Shown piece by piece: positions 63,603-64,000 of a stretch of DNA of 64,000 bases; positions within the stretch are counted from its first letter, which is position 1; every line of letters starts with the position of its first letter. Location of the stretch: positions 11,759,579 to 11,823,578 of the forward strand of contig NC_043026.1 of NCBI RefSeq assembly GCF_006345805.1, in the 5' to 3' direction. The notes under the pieces are model-generated. The model was not told where the DNA came from. It did no database searches and saw only the letters and a program-made list of their open reading frames with translations. This DNA comes from Octopus sinensis (taxonomy: Eukaryota). The position numbers were made by a program, and so were the translations under genes.

Positions 63603-64000
63603 TCTCTATATATATAAAACTGAGAATGTGTGTGTGTCTGTCTGTCTGTCTGTGTGTTTCCCTAAAACTTGAGAACTACACTACCAATTTCATTCAAATT
63701 TTACACATGCCTTACTTAGGGTCCGGGGAGTGTCATCGGCAAAAAAATCTTTTAACTTTTCGCCTAGGGCGAGCCCACAGCAATATCATATCTTCTCCGC
63801 TACGGTTCCCTAAAACTCGTGAACTACACAACCAATTCCATTCAAATTTTACACATGCCTTACTTAGGGTCCATGTAGTTTCATGGGCAAAAAAATGTTC
63901 AACTTCTTGCCTAGAGCGAGCCCATAGCAATATCATATTTTCTCCACTATTTCAGTATTACGTGTTAAAAGTGAAACAAAAACGTTTCTCTATTTTATGT
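63603..64000 (+). mobile_element. Non-autonomous Helitron-like element, 5' part (runs off the window)
   Basis: TCTCTATATATATAAAACTGAG start; inverted copy of 62105-62490. Confidence 0.7.

Overview
This is animal genomic DNA, almost certainly from an octopus (coleoid cephalopod); the taxon is inferred from the SINE complement and the tandem C2H2-ZNF cluster, not from a database search. The window is part of a C2H2 zinc-finger gene cluster. There are five single-coding-exon poly-ZF loci, named A-E here. A (15 fingers), B (17) and E (25) are intact, C is frameshifted after finger 11, and D is a pseudogene. Putative first exons of two further paralogues have their coding exons outside the window. 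About half the sequence is transposon-derived: several tRNA-SINE families, an RTE-like short element, Helitrons, piggyBac/hAT/GG-ended MITEs, a deleted mariner, and RTE, CR1, Tx1 and Penelope remnants. The most striking signal is a set of minimal type-I hammerhead ribozyme (HHR) motifs in three sequence families. (1) A 7-copy tandem array with a non-canonical G3-C8 core is fused directly to a Penelope GIY-YIG remnant, and the same unit occurs as a TSD-flanked, partly inverted insertion in the ZNF-A 3' UTR. (2) A canonical HHR forms the tail of a tRNA-headed SINE. (3) A CUGUUGA-core family occurs twice. The ZNF genes also show zinc-finger shuffling in progress: templated finger insertions, a chimeric finger, and recurrent linker GAG-to-TAG stops. 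All structures were read by eye; no folding, alignment or database search was run, and repeat boundaries are approximate.
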